Of a DNA stretch of 64,000 nt, positions 1-9,486 are shown one piece after another (position 1 is the stretch's first letter; every line of letters begins with the position of its first letter). The notes below the pieces were generated by a model. That model saw only the letters and a program-made list of their open reading frames with translations, was not told the DNA's origin and did not search any database. The DNA comes from Fimbriimonadia bacterium (GTDB taxonomy: Bacteria > Armatimonadota > Fimbriimonadia > Fimbriimonadales > JABRVX01): the NCBI GenBank assembly GCA_041483895.1, contig JBGPGO010000012.1, positions 74,188-138,187 of the forward strand. The letters are read 5' to 3'. The position numbers and the translations under genes are program-made.

Positions 1-127
1 ACATTCGATCCATGGTGCGCTCAGGATTTGCCCTATGCCTGCGAATGATGAAGAAGGCCGCCGTTCCGACGCCTACCAGGGCCGCTACCAAGAAGACAAT
101 ATTCGTACCTTTTGATGATTCCGACAT
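1..127 (-). CDS. Small membrane-anchored hypothetical protein, 5' part only (runs off the window)
   Basis: ATG at 127, 10 nt after the response regulator stop. Reads MSESSKGTNIVFLVAALVGVGTAAFFIIRRHR: one TM helix then basic residues. Confidence 0.6.
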   Translation of the reverse strand, partial: MSESSKGTNIVFLVAALVGVGTAAFFIIRRHRANPERTMDRM

Positions 128-137
128 TTTTTTCGGA

Positions 138-545
138 CTAGTCCAGGTCGTACCGCTTCGGTCCGCCCGCGGACGTGTCCCCTCCGATTATTCGTTTGAC
201 GAATGTAACAAGCTCCATTGGGTTAAACGGTTTCGTCAGGTACATGTCAGCACCATAGTGGTAGCCTTCGAAAACATCTTTGTCCTGCGCCTTCGCGGTG
301 AGCATGATAACCGGCAGCTCTTGGAACTCCGGCTCGCGGCGCAAGGTCTTCAAAACCTCGAACCCATCCATGTACGGCATCATCACGTCGAGCACGACAA
401 GGTCGGGCTTTACCGATTTAATCTTCTCGAGACCCTCTTTGCCGTCATACGCGGTTATGACCTCCCAGCCTTGACGTTCCAGGTTGACCTGGATGAGGCG
501 CACGATGTGCCTCTCATCGTCACAGACCAGGATTTTCAGAGCCAT
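138..545 (-). CDS. Single-domain response regulator (receiver)
   Basis: KILVCDD...PDLVVLDVMMP...MLTAK...YLTKPF motifs; GGAGG SD upstream. Confidence 0.95.
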   Translation of the reverse strand: MALKILVCDDERHIVRLIQVNLERQGWEVITAYDGKEGLEKIKSVKPDLVVLDVMMPYMDGFEVLKTLRREPEFQELPVIMLTAKAQDKDVFEGYHYGADMYLTKPFNPMELVTFVKRIIGGDTSAGGPKRYDLD

Positions 546-582
546 GAGAGAAGACCTCCGGTGGGGTTTCGAGTTGCCGCCA

Positions 583-612
583 ATGCTACCCGCACGCCAT
601 GGGGCGTGTCAA
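583..612 (-). promoter_or_regulatory. Sigma70-type promoter of the response regulator
   Basis: TTGACA (612-607), 18-nt spacer, TAGCAT (588-583) on the minus strand. Confidence 0.55.
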
Positions 613-796
613 CGAAGCTGCGTCCAAACCGAACCTGGGTTGTTCTTCCGCCGGTAGGATTATCGGCGGGGCGCCCGCCAGGTTGCAGGTTTACTGAAAA
701 CTGTGGCCGCGGGTCAGTGTGCCGATATCCGTTGCCTGCCGACCACCGAAGCCCGCGTTGCGCTCGCCGATCACCCTGTTCAGCACAGCACCGATA

Positions 797-848
797 CGGT
801 CAGGAGACCTTAAGCCACCTGCGACTCGGTCAGGAGACCGGTCGCATC
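797..848. repeat. REP-like palindrome (one full and one partial copy)
   Basis: tgcgactcggtcaggagaccggtcgcatc (820-848) is a hairpin and recurs with one mismatch at 19399-19427; partial copy at 797-809. Confidence 0.7.
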
Positions 849-1083
849 AACACGGCATATCAAGAACCTGCACGTTCTGGAACTCCGGTCCGGCGAGAAC
901 CGACCGCAGAACTTCGATGTCGGGAACCTGGCCAACGAAGAGCATATCCGGCAGTTCGGCGCGAATCTGGTCCACGGCGTCCTTACCGCTTCCGACACAA
1001 GTAACCTGCCACCCCTGCCTCTGGAGATTAATTTCTGCCAACCGGGACCGATGCGGGTCGGCGGAACAGATCAGTACCTTCAC
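847..1083 (-). CDS. Truncated pseudo-receiver protein, degenerate paralog of the 138-545 regulator
   Basis: GTG start overlaps the glycerate kinase stop (GTGA). VKVLICSADPHRSRLAEINLQRQGWQV...PDMLFVG...PEFQ aligns by eye with the downstream receiver. Confidence 0.65.
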   Translation of the reverse strand: MKVLICSADPHRSRLAEINLQRQGWQVTCVGSGKDAVDQIRAELPDMLFVGQVPDIEVLRSVLAGPEFQNVQVLDMPC

Positions 1084-2141
1084 CTGGCCGGCTTCACCGC
1101 TGCGGCTGCCTTGGCAACGCCTGCTGAAGTGCTTCTCGACGGCGCAACGACGATGGGGGCGGCAGCAAGGCCTCGTGCAACTGACTCCCACCCGTCTCCC
1201 AAACTCCCTACCACGGCGTAGCACGGCTTCCCTGCGGCGCGGCACCGACGAATAATCTCCCCAACAATCTTGCCGTCTTTTGTCTGGCCATCGAGCCGCC
1301 CCTCACCCGTAACAACCAGATCGTGGGTTGAAAGAAGCCGGTCGAAGTCCACCGCCTCCAATACAAACTTGGAACCCAACACCAGCCGAGCCCCCAAGAA
1401 CCGGGCCAGCCCATAGGCCATTCCGCCCGCGGCGCCGGTCATCGGCGCATTCGGCGATTTCGACCGCGCTCCTTCCGCCTCAGCGATCGCGGCCAGCCCC
1501 TCTTCCAGCCGCCTGCGGGTCCGGGCATCCCCCACACCCTTCTGCCTCCCGAAGACGGCAATCGCCCCTTCGGGGCCCAGAAGCGGATTGGTTACATCGC
1601 AGGCCACGACAATCTGCGCTTGGAGCCGAGGCCCGGGTTCGACGTGGGTAAGTCGGCGGAGGTCCCCGGCGGTCTCCAATTCGTGTCCCCGGCTATCCAA
1701 AAACTGAAAACCCAGCGCCCGAAGGCAACCCATGCCGGCGTCGTTCGTGGCGCTCCCACCCAGGCCGATCAGGATCACCGTAGCGCCAGACTCCTCCGCG
1801 GCAGAGATGAGCTGCCCCACCCCAAAGCTGGTCGCGGTCAGTGGGTCGAGATCGTCGGGGTCAACAAGCGCCAGTCCGCAGGCGCGCGCCGATTCGATGA
1901 TGGCTATTCCATCGCGTTCCACGGCGAACTCAGCCCAAACCGCCTTCCCCAGCGGCCCGGTCACTTTTCGGCGAATTCGTTTGGCTTTGGGGGAGGCAAG
2001 GCAGTCCAGGAAGCAGTCTCCGCCGTCGGAGAGCTGCCGGATTGTTGTTCGTCCGCCGATCCCCGCCGCCATCGCCTGAGCGGCCTTTTCGGCCGTCAGG
2101 GTTCCTTTGAAGGCTGTTGGACAGATTAGAACGCGCACCAC
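1080..2141 (-). CDS. glxK: Glycerate kinase (GlxK/GarK family)
   Basis: ICPTAFKGTL, DGG, GLGGSATNDAG, GAAGG, TGEGRLDGQT motifs. Confidence 0.9.
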   Translation of the reverse strand: MVRVLICPTAFKGTLTAEKAAQAMAAGIGGRTTIRQLSDGGDCFLDCLASPKAKRIRRKVTGPLGKAVWAEFAVERDGIAIIESARACGLALVDPDDLDPLTATSFGVGQLISAAEESGATVILIGLGGSATNDAGMGCLRALGFQFLDSRGHELETAGDLRRLTHVEPGPRLQAQIVVACDVTNPLLGPEGAIAVFGRQKGVGDARTRRRLEEGLAAIAEAEGARSKSPNAPMTGAAGGMAYGLARFLGARLVLGSKFVLEAVDFDRLLSTHDLVVTGEGRLDGQTKDGKIVGEIIRRCRAAGKPCYAVVGSLGDGWESVARGLAAAPIVVAPSRSTSAGVAKAAAAVKPAR

Positions 2142-2184
2142 GTAAGGGTTTCAACACCGGCCGAGCTCAACCCTTTTTGAAAAG

Positions 2185-2727
2185 CTATTCTTCCTCGAAC
2201 TCGTTCTCGCCCGGCTCATCGTCTTCTTCCGCGGCCTGGGAGGCTTCGAGGACCGACTCAGCCATGTAGATCGGAGCGCTGTACCGCGTGGCCATTGCGA
2301 TCGCGTCGCTGGGCCGGGAATCGAACTCCAGCACCTCATCGCCTTTGCGGAGGAACATCTTCGCGTAGTACACGTTCCGCCACAGATCGTCAATGACGAT
2401 GCGCTCGATGGCATAGCCCAGGCGGTCGATGATGCTGCGAATGAGGTCGTGGGTGAAGGGCCGATCGGGGTAATCGTTCTCCTTGGCCATCTGGATGGAG
2501 AGCCATTCGAACGCTCCGATCACCATTCGGACGGTGCGGCCGGTGTCGTCGGACAGCATGATGACGCGTTGGGACGGCTGGGTTGGATGCTCGAGGTCGT
2601 AAAACCCCTCGATATCCATCCGAATCTCACGATCAGCCTCGCGCTCCTCCCGGTCCGGTCCCATTGGGAAGAATGGCGGAGGCTTGCTCATGTCGTCGCC
2701 GAATTGCGGATTCAACTCTTCAGACAT
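2185..2727 (-). CDS. Bifunctional nuclease family protein (DUF151)
   Basis: IGAFE...RPFTHDL...YYAK...DSRPSDAIA...APIY signature. Confidence 0.9.
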   Translation of the reverse strand: MSEELNPQFGDDMSKPPPFFPMGPDREEREADREIRMDIEGFYDLEHPTQPSQRVIMLSDDTGRTVRMVIGAFEWLSIQMAKENDYPDRPFTHDLIRSIIDRLGYAIERIVIDDLWRNVYYAKMFLRKGDEVLEFDSRPSDAIAMATRYSAPIYMAESVLEASQAAEEDDEPGENEFEEE

Positions 2728-2743
2728 CTTTCCCCGTCGACAG

Positions 2744-4033
2744 CTACTTCATTGTCGCGGTCTTGGCCACCACGTCCGCGAGGAACTCGTCGTTCGTTTT
2801 GGTCCGTTGCAGGAGCTTGATGAGCGACTGCGCGGCTTCGACCGAGTTCTCCTGGTTCGCAAGAAGCTTACGGAGCTGCCATACGCTTCGGAGCTTTTCC
2901 CCTTCGAAGAGAAGCTCTTCATGGCGCGTGGATGACCGCCGGACGTCAATGGCGGGCCAGACGCGCCGTTCGGATAGCTCGCGATCCAAGACCAACTCCA
3001 TATTACCCGTGCCCTTGAACTCTTCGAAGATCGCGTCGTCCATTCGGCTCCCTGTGTCGACCAGAACCGTAGCGATGATTGTGAGGCTGCCGCCCTCTTC
3101 CAGTTTTCGGGCGGCTCCGAAGAAGCGGCGCGGCCGATAGAGGGCCGATGGGTCGAGACCGCCGGACAGGGTCCGGCCGCTCGGGCTGATGGTCAGGTTG
3201 CTTGCGCGGCTGAGGCGGGTAAGGCTGTCCAAGAGGATGACCACATCCCTGCCGACTTCGACCAAGCGCTTCGCCTGTTCGAGGCAGAGGTCGGTGACCC
3301 GCATGTGGTTATCCGGCGGCTCGTCAAAGGTCGAGGATATGACCGAGCCTCGCACGGAACGCCGCATGTCGGTAACTTCCTCGGGGCGCTCATCCACGAG
3401 CAGCACCAAGAGGGCGACCTCCGGGTTGTTGATGGCGATGCTGTTTGCCATCGTCTTGAGCAGCATGGTCTTGCCGGCTTTGGGCGGCGAGACAATGAGG
3501 CCTCGCTGGCCCTTGCCAACCGGGGAGATGAGATCGATGATTCGGGCCGACATCCCATCCGGACTGTGCTCCATAATCAAGAGATCCGTCGGATAGAGCG
3601 GCGTGAAATCCTCGAAGTCCTTACGAGTTCGGATGCTTTCGATGTCGAGGCCGTTGATCGATTCGACGCGCAACAGGCCGTAGTACTTCTCGCCTTCCTT
3701 AGGCGGACGAACCTGGCCGAAGACGGAATCGCCCGTTCGAAGCCCGAATCGCTTGATCTGCGACTGCGAGACGTAGACGTCGCTCGGCGAGTTGGCAAAG
3801 TTGCTCCTGCGAAGGAACCCCCAGCCATCCTGGAGGATCTCCAGGATGCCTTCCGCATAGATGGTGCCGAGTTCGCGGTTCACGTGGATCAGGATCTTGT
3901 GGATGATGTCTATGCGGTCGCGAAGGTCGGCTTCCAGCTCATACGAGCGGGCCAGCTCGATTAGCTCTTCCGTCGGCTTGTCGCAAAAAGTGCGAAAGTC
4001 AGTAGCTGGGGCGTTCTCTAGGTCGGAGTGCAT
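2744..4033 (-). CDS. rho: Transcription termination factor Rho (true start may be ATT at 4108)
   Basis: [52 protein letters not shown]. Confidence 0.98.
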   Translation of the reverse strand: MHSDLENAPATDFRTFCDKPTEELIELARSYELEADLRDRIDIIHKILIHVNRELGTIYAEGILEILQDGWGFLRRSNFANSPSDVYVSQSQIKRFGLRTGDSVFGQVRPPKEGEKYYGLLRVESINGLDIESIRTRKDFEDFTPLYPTDLLIMEHSPDGMSARIIDLISPVGKGQRGLIVSPPKAGKTMLLKTMANSIAINNPEVALLVLLVDERPEEVTDMRRSVRGSVISSTFDEPPDNHMRVTDLCLEQAKRLVEVGRDVVILLDSLTRLSRASNLTISPSGRTLSGGLDPSALYRPRRFFGAARKLEEGGSLTIIATVLVDTGSRMDDAIFEEFKGTGNMELVLDRELSERRVWPAIDVRRSSTRHEELLFEGEKLRSVWQLRKLLANQENSVEAAQSLIKLLQRTKTNDEFLADVVAKTATMK

Positions 4034-4283
4034 GTGCTGGTTCGGATCTACCGGACGCGGTCTGCGCGGGCCTAGGTTCCCCGGTCGTTTACGATTAATG
4101 TTGGGAATGGAATTTCACTCCTTCTTATGCTTAGCGATGGGACCGTTTCTCCGCCGGAAATGGACTCACCCTACGGTGATGGCAAAATCTAGAAAAGGAC
4201 CGGCGAGAACTGGAAAAGAGAATCGCGAAGAAGGCTTCTAACTCTAACTATAGCATGATTTCCAGATTCTGTCTAGGTCTTTT

Positions 4284-4817
4284 TCACCAAGCGGGCTGTT
4301 TTAATTCTGCAATAAACGGTAAGTTTCGATACTTTTCATCCCAATCAAGACCATAGCCAACGACGAAACGGTCGTCGATTTCAAACCCCCGGTAGTCTAT
4401 TGGGACCTCTTTCTGCCGCCGAGCCGGCTTATCCAGCAGGCAACATACCTTCAGATGTGCCGGGTGTCGGACGTTGAGGGTTTCGAGTAGATAGGCCAAA
4501 GTCAGGCCTGTATCAACGATGTCCTCAACAATGATTACGTGTTTTCCTTCGATTTGGGTGTCAATGTCCTTGAGAATTCTCACGATTCCGGTCGTTTTGG
4601 TCTCGGAGCCGTAGCTGCTGACGGCTAAGAAGTCGTAGGTTACCTCGCCGGGAAGGGCCCGCAGGAGGTCCGCCAGGAAGGGCGCGGCGCCTTTCAGCAC
4701 GGCGATCAACATCAGCGGCTCGGTCGGAAAGTCGCGCCGAATCTCAGCCCCCAATGCCGAAATCCGCTGCGAAATCTGCTCAGCGGTAAAGAGCGGCACA
4801 ATCTGGGTATCGAGCAT
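4284..4817 (-). CDS. hpt: Hypoxanthine phosphoribosyltransferase
   Basis: ATG at 4817 overlaps the guaA stop (TAATG). VLKGA, VIIVEDIVDTGLT, FVVGYGLD motifs. Confidence 0.95.
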   Translation of the reverse strand: MLDTQIVPLFTAEQISQRISALGAEIRRDFPTEPLMLIAVLKGAAPFLADLLRALPGEVTYDFLAVSSYGSETKTTGIVRILKDIDTQIEGKHVIIVEDIVDTGLTLAYLLETLNVRHPAHLKVCCLLDKPARRQKEVPIDYRGFEIDDRFVVGYGLDWDEKYRNLPFIAELKQPAW

Positions 4818-6346
4818 TATTCCCATTCGATGGTGGCAGGCGGCTTCGAGGTTAGGTCGTAGAGTACCCGATTGACCCCTTGCACTTCGTTGACGATCCG
4901 GGTGGCGATTCGCTCCAGGGTTTCCCACGGAACGCGGACGGCGACGGCGGTCATGGCGTCCTCGCTGGCGACGGCCCGCAGGACGATCGGGTTCTCGTAG
5001 GTTCTCGCATCGCCCATAACGCCGACGCTTCGCACATCCAACAGAGCGGCATAGGACTGCCAAATCGTATCCCAAACGCCACTCGCCCGAAGCTCATGGA
5101 TGGCGATGGCATCCGCCTGCTGCAGACGCTCGACCCGTTCGGGGGTCACTTCGCCAAGGATGCGGACAGCGAGGCCGGGACCGGGGAAGGGCTGCCGCTC
5201 CACGAGGTGCTCGGGCAGGCCCAGTTCGCGGCCGACGGCGCGGGCTTCGTCTTTAAAGAGCAGCCGCAGCGGCTCCAGGACGTTGATCCGCATCCAATCG
5301 GGCAGGCCGCCGACGTTGTGGTGCGATTTGATCTTTGCCGCGACGGGGTTTCCACTCTCGATGACATCGGGATAGAGAGTGCCCTGAATCAGCCACTCGC
5401 ACTCGCCGACCTCGCCCGCCAGCTTTTCGAAGACCCGGATGAACTCGGCCCCGATGATCTTGCGCTTTTCTTCCGGATCGATGACGCTTTTTAGGGCCGC
5501 GAAGAACTGGTCAGCCGCGTCCACTGCGATGAAGCGGGAGTCGTAATGGTCGGCAAAAACCTTCTCCACTTCCTCGGCTTCGCCTAATCGCATGAGGCCG
5601 TGATCGACGAAGATGCAGGTCAGGTTCTTGTGCAGGGCTTTCCCGGCGAGGGCGGCCGCCACGCATGAGTCCACGCCGCCGCTCACCGCGCAGACCGCAT
5701 GTCCGGTCCCGACCTTCGTCCGAATCTCTTCGACGGCGGTGGCGATGAAGTTGGCGGCGGTCCAGTCCGGCCGGCAAGAGCAAATGTCGTAGACAAAGCG
5801 TTTGAACACCTCTTTGCCGCGTTCGGTGTGGGTGACCTCCGGATGGCATTGGATGCCGTAGAGCTTCCGTTCGTCGCTCTCCATGGCCGCCACGGGGCAG
5901 GTGTCGGTGGTTGCTGTTGTTTGGAAACCGGAGGGTGGGGCCGCCACCTGGTCGCCGTGTGACATCCAGACGCGGGACTCGCCCTTTTCCAACAGCCGCG
6001 AGCCGATGGCGCGCAGGGTGGCGTTGCCGTACTCGCGGTTCGTGGTATGGACCTCGCCGCCCAACTCCGCCGCCATGAGCTGATGGCCGTAGCAGATGCC
6101 GAGGACGGGAATGCCCAGATCGAACACCTTTGGGTCCAGCTTCGGGGCGTTTGGGGCGTACACGCTTTCCGGTCCGCCGCTCAGGATGATTCCTTTGGGC
6201 TCTTTCGCGCGGATTTCGTCTGGCGTGGCGTTATACGGCAGGATCTCGGAGAAGACGTTGCACTCGCGGACCCGCCGGGCGATGAGTTGTGTGTACTGAC
6301 CGCCAAAGTCCAAAACGATGATGCCTTGCGGCAGCAACTGCGGCAT
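4817..6346 (-). CDS. guaA: GMP synthase (glutamine-hydrolysing)
   Basis: LDFGGQYTQLI, GICYG, HPEV, SGGVDS, QPFPGPGL, KPPATIEWE. Confidence 0.98.
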   Translation of the reverse strand: MPQLLPQGIIVLDFGGQYTQLIARRVRECNVFSEILPYNATPDEIRAKEPKGIILSGGPESVYAPNAPKLDPKVFDLGIPVLGICYGHQLMAAELGGEVHTTNREYGNATLRAIGSRLLEKGESRVWMSHGDQVAAPPSGFQTTATTDTCPVAAMESDERKLYGIQCHPEVTHTERGKEVFKRFVYDICSCRPDWTAANFIATAVEEIRTKVGTGHAVCAVSGGVDSCVAAALAGKALHKNLTCIFVDHGLMRLGEAEEVEKVFADHYDSRFIAVDAADQFFAALKSVIDPEEKRKIIGAEFIRVFEKLAGEVGECEWLIQGTLYPDVIESGNPVAAKIKSHHNVGGLPDWMRINVLEPLRLLFKDEARAVGRELGLPEHLVERQPFPGPGLAVRILGEVTPERVERLQQADAIAIHELRASGVWDTIWQSYAALLDVRSVGVMGDARTYENPIVLRAVASEDAMTAVAVRVPWETLERIATRIVNEVQGVNRVLYDLTSKPPATIEWE

Positions 6347-6419
6347 GGGAGATCGGATTGTACCCTGGCAACACCGCCATGCTAGTTAGCAAGCAATGGA
6401 AATGGCCACTCGCACCGGG

Positions 6420-7067
6420 CTACGGCGACGTTGCCGTAGAACCATCCCTTTGTTCAATCCCCGCCAACTTCGAGGTGGGCAACTTCGAATACAGCTGTTC
6501 CACCTCCTTTGGCTGTGTGATTTGGTTCTCGACGATGAGGTTGACCAGTTCGAACAGCACTGTCGCCGTTGCGACATCGTCCTTCATGTCAAGTTCACCT
6601 GGATGAACAGACTCGTTGCCGATGACGCGGACGATGTCGAGCGACTGTTGAATTCTGGTTGGAAGGCCGTTGCCCACCAGCTTGCCGATATCAGCGTTTA
6701 GGTCTTTCCCAGTCTGCCCCAACGCCTTGCATAGCTTCTGAATCCCAAGCCGCAAAAGTGCAGCCGCGCCGCGAGGGCTCTTGCCGACGATATCCCTGGC
6801 TTCCATGTAATCGCACGTCACGTCTTCCGGCATGTCCAGATTGGGCATCGGGGCCGTACTATCGCCGGGATGGAGCATCGTGCCATTCCACCACACTGAT
6901 AGCTCATGGCACTGCGTGCAGTAGGCCGCGTTCAGCCGATCTTCGAAATTGGCCGCGCTTCCAACAACCAGTCGAACCTTGGCCCATAGTTGCTTCGCGT
7001 AGGCGTGGCAGAACGGACAGTTGAACGCCGTAATATTGATCGCCGGAGCGGTATACGGTATCTTCAT
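6420..7067 (-). CDS. DUF4145 (HEPN-like) protein with N-terminal zinc ribbon
   Basis: CPFC...CTQC, SPRGAAALLR, RVIGNESVHPG; visibly lower GC than neighbours. Confidence 0.8.
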   Translation of the reverse strand: MKIPYTAPAINITAFNCPFCHAYAKQLWAKVRLVVGSAANFEDRLNAAYCTQCHELSVWWNGTMLHPGDSTAPMPNLDMPEDVTCDYMEARDIVGKSPRGAAALLRLGIQKLCKALGQTGKDLNADIGKLVGNGLPTRIQQSLDIVRVIGNESVHPGELDMKDDVATATVLFELVNLIVENQITQPKEVEQLYSKLPTSKLAGIEQRDGSTATSP

Positions 7068-7193
7068 GTTGCTGCAACAGAGTCTACCCATACCCTGGTC
7101 AACCGATGCTGCCTCCGATGGGGGCGACCCTCCGGTGGCATCTTTGCCAGTTTGGAAGCAATGCATTGTCACCCACTGTAATCGCGCGTCGGT

Positions 7194-7919
7194 TCACTCG
7201 AAAGCCGTGCCAGTCGCATGTGCCTCCCGCGACATCAGTGCTTTTTCAAACTCCCTTGGCTCTGACCGTGGGATATTCTGCTCCAGTTTCTGAAGCGGTT
7301 CGTACTGAGGGTCCTTAATTGTGTTCAAGTAGGCGCGACGAGCAGTGGCAGCTTCGATAAACGTGAAATGCTCGTTTCCCGAAGACACTTTCATCGCCTC
7401 GACGCAATCAAACATTGTGCAGCCCTTAGCAAATAAATGATAGAAGGTGGCAAATCCGATATTTGTTTCGCTCCACGTTGGTTCCTCGTTGTTGCCTACT
7501 ACACCCCTAAATGGGTACTCGTCGTCATCCATAGCCATCTTGCAGCCTGCGGCTCCTTTGCACGTAGACATGCAAAGGATGAACCCCCCTTGATCTTTCA
7601 GGATCTGGTTAACTGGCTGAAGAAACTTACGGAGTGTCTCCCACGTAACGACCTCGCCGCTCGTCAATTGGATGCCTTCGTCATCTCCGTGAGCACTGAT
7701 GTGGATGATAGGTGGATTCTTGACTGCCCCAAAATGCTCAACGAGACCGACGTGAAAAGCTGCCGTAAATGCCGAGTAGCTAACGGCCAGACAATGCGAC
7801 GCAGGTATCTGCGAGAGTTCCAGAGTGGCTCGCAAGGCCTCACCCTCGAACCTCTTATGATACAAGTCGACGGGACTCGGCGATTCAATGATGTAAACGT
7901 GAAACTTCCGTGTTGTCAC
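7194..7919 (-). CDS. Caspase/CHAT-like fold hypothetical protein
   Basis: GGAGG SD before GTG 7919. IIHISAHG and LCMSTC motifs resemble the His-Gly / Cys dyad of caspase-clan proteases. Confidence 0.6.
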   Translation of the reverse strand: MTTRKFHVYIIESPSPVDLYHKRFEGEALRATLELSQIPASHCLAVSYSAFTAAFHVGLVEHFGAVKNPPIIHISAHGDDEGIQLTSGEVVTWETLRKFLQPVNQILKDQGGFILCMSTCKGAAGCKMAMDDDEYPFRGVVGNNEEPTWSETNIGFATFYHLFAKGCTMFDCVEAMKVSSGNEHFTFIEAATARRAYLNTIKDPQYEPLQKLEQNIPRSEPREFEKALMSREAHATGTAFE

Positions 7920-7985
7920 GGAGCGCCTCCTAATGACGCTGCAACCACCGATGAGTATACCAGCCGCACCGAGACTAGCTGGCCA

Positions 7986-8153
7986 GTAGCCGCAGGTTCT
8001 CATGGCAATCACGTCGGAGCGCCGACCTCAAAACCTGCGAGTGATACCACCGAAAGTGCCAATACCGACGGACATCGGCAATCGGGAGGTGGTCACGCGC
8101 AGGTTTTGTTGGGTGGCGGATGAGACGGTATCGGCACGAGAACCTGCGGCTAC
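7986..8153. repeat. REPIN/MITE-like nested inverted repeat
   Basis: Perfect 16-bp terminal IR gtagccgcaggttctc / gagaacctgcggctac, plus inner IR caaaacctgcg / cgcaggttttg. Confidence 0.8.
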
Positions 8154-8863
8154 GAAAGACGAAGTCGCTCGAAGATTTGAAAAATCTGCGACATTGAGGC
8201 TTGCATCGCCTCCGTCACTTCGCCGTGGGTGAGTTCGCCCTGCGAGAGGCCGGCGGCGAGGTTGGTGACCGCGCAGACGACGGCATACTTGATGCCCGCC
8301 TCGTGCATCACGACGGCCTCCGATCCGGCCGTCATCCCGATCACATCCCCGCCCAAGGTCCGCATCGCCCGAATCTCGGCGGGGGACTCGAATCGCGGGC
8401 CGTTCGCGTTCACATATACCGCGCCATCGTGCAGCGTCAGCGGCGGAGCGGCGGCCAACAATGCTGCGCGAAGCTCCGGATCGAAGGGATGAGTGAAGTC
8501 GGTATGCACCACCTCGTCGGGGTACATCGTCAGGTTGCGGGCGGAGAGATCGAGGATGTCGATGGGAAGTGCGAGAGTTCCGGCGGGCCAGTCCTCCCGC
8601 AGGCTGCCGACCGCGGCGGTCCCCACACACTGCGGGCAGCCCAGCAACCGGAGCGCCTCGGCAAAGGCCCGGTATTCGACCTTGTGCGGCGGGGTATGGT
8701 GACCTGCGCAGTGGCGCGAGACGAGCAGAACGTCCGCACCTCCCAGCTTCGTCGCGAGCATCTTCGCGACCCCAAACCGGGTCGGCACCGACATCCTCTT
8801 GCCGGATGTCACCGCACCTGAAGCCCCGGTGCCCGCGATGATCGCCAATCGCCATTTGCCCAT
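8150..8863 (-). CDS. mtnP: MTA / purine nucleoside phosphorylase family
   Basis: IIAGTG, RHCAGHHTPPH, AVGSL, GPRFESPAE, GMT, VTNLAAG. Confidence 0.85.
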   Translation of the reverse strand: MGKWRLAIIAGTGASGAVTSGKRMSVPTRFGVAKMLATKLGGADVLLVSRHCAGHHTPPHKVEYRAFAEALRLLGCPQCVGTAAVGSLREDWPAGTLALPIDILDLSARNLTMYPDEVVHTDFTHPFDPELRAALLAAAPPLTLHDGAVYVNANGPRFESPAEIRAMRTLGGDVIGMTAGSEAVVMHEAGIKYAVVCAVTNLAAGLSQGELTHGEVTEAMQASMSQIFQIFERLRLS

Positions 8864-9087
8864 GTCGGCGGGATATTACCATTCGATCCTCGGGCTTCGG
8901 GTAGTAGGTTAAGATAGGCGGTCGGCAGCCGGGCCAGCGGTTACAGGGGTGGTAGGCGGGCGTTACGCGGGCCTTGGCGGTCGGAAATCGAGAGGAATCG
9001 GAAAGACGGCCCGCGTCTACCGTGCGGTCATTTTTGGAAGTCTTCAGGACGGCCCGGGACTACTGCAGGGTATAAACCGGGCGCGAT

Positions 9088-9486
9088 ATGGAGCCAACCT
9101 TGTGCATGGAGCTGATGCGGGTGCACGTCCCGACGCTAACACCGTCTTCCACTTTGCGAGACGCGGTGGACAAGATGGACCTGTACCAGGTGTCGGGTCT
9201 GCCGGTGGTGGACGAGGAGGGACTGGTGGTCGGGATGGTGACTCGGACGCCGGTGATCGACGCGCTGCTGCAGGACATCTCTTGCGCTGCCGGCCCGGTG
9301 TCCGCGCTGATGGCGACCCCAATCACTGTGGGCGAAACGGATCAGGCGGCGGATGCGCTGCGGATGATGGTGGAAAAAGACATACAGATGGTGGCCGTTG
9401 TGAGCGGCGGGCAGATGGCGGGCACGCTGACACGGGTGGATATATTGCAGGCGATGCTAGCGGCGGATAAAGACCAGCTTGCTTGA
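9088..9486 (+). CDS. CBS domain pair protein
   Basis: SGLPVVDEEG..VGMVT and AVVSGGQMAGTLTRVD repeats. Confidence 0.9.
   Translation: MEPTLCMELMRVHVPTLTPSSTLRDAVDKMDLYQVSGLPVVDEEGLVVGMVTRTPVIDALLQDISCAAGPVSALMATPITVGETDQAADALRMMVEKDIQMVAVVSGGQMAGTLTRVDILQAMLAADKDQLA

Noticed and set aside
820..855. Cys-UGA followed by a hairpin as a selenocysteine/SECIS site (selA is in the window)
   Set aside because: The hairpin is a dispersed repeat also found at 19399, and the read-through sequence resembles nothing.
6346..8150. guaA-associated integrative element
   Set aside because: The islet is at the 5' side of guaA, with no integrase or direct repeats.
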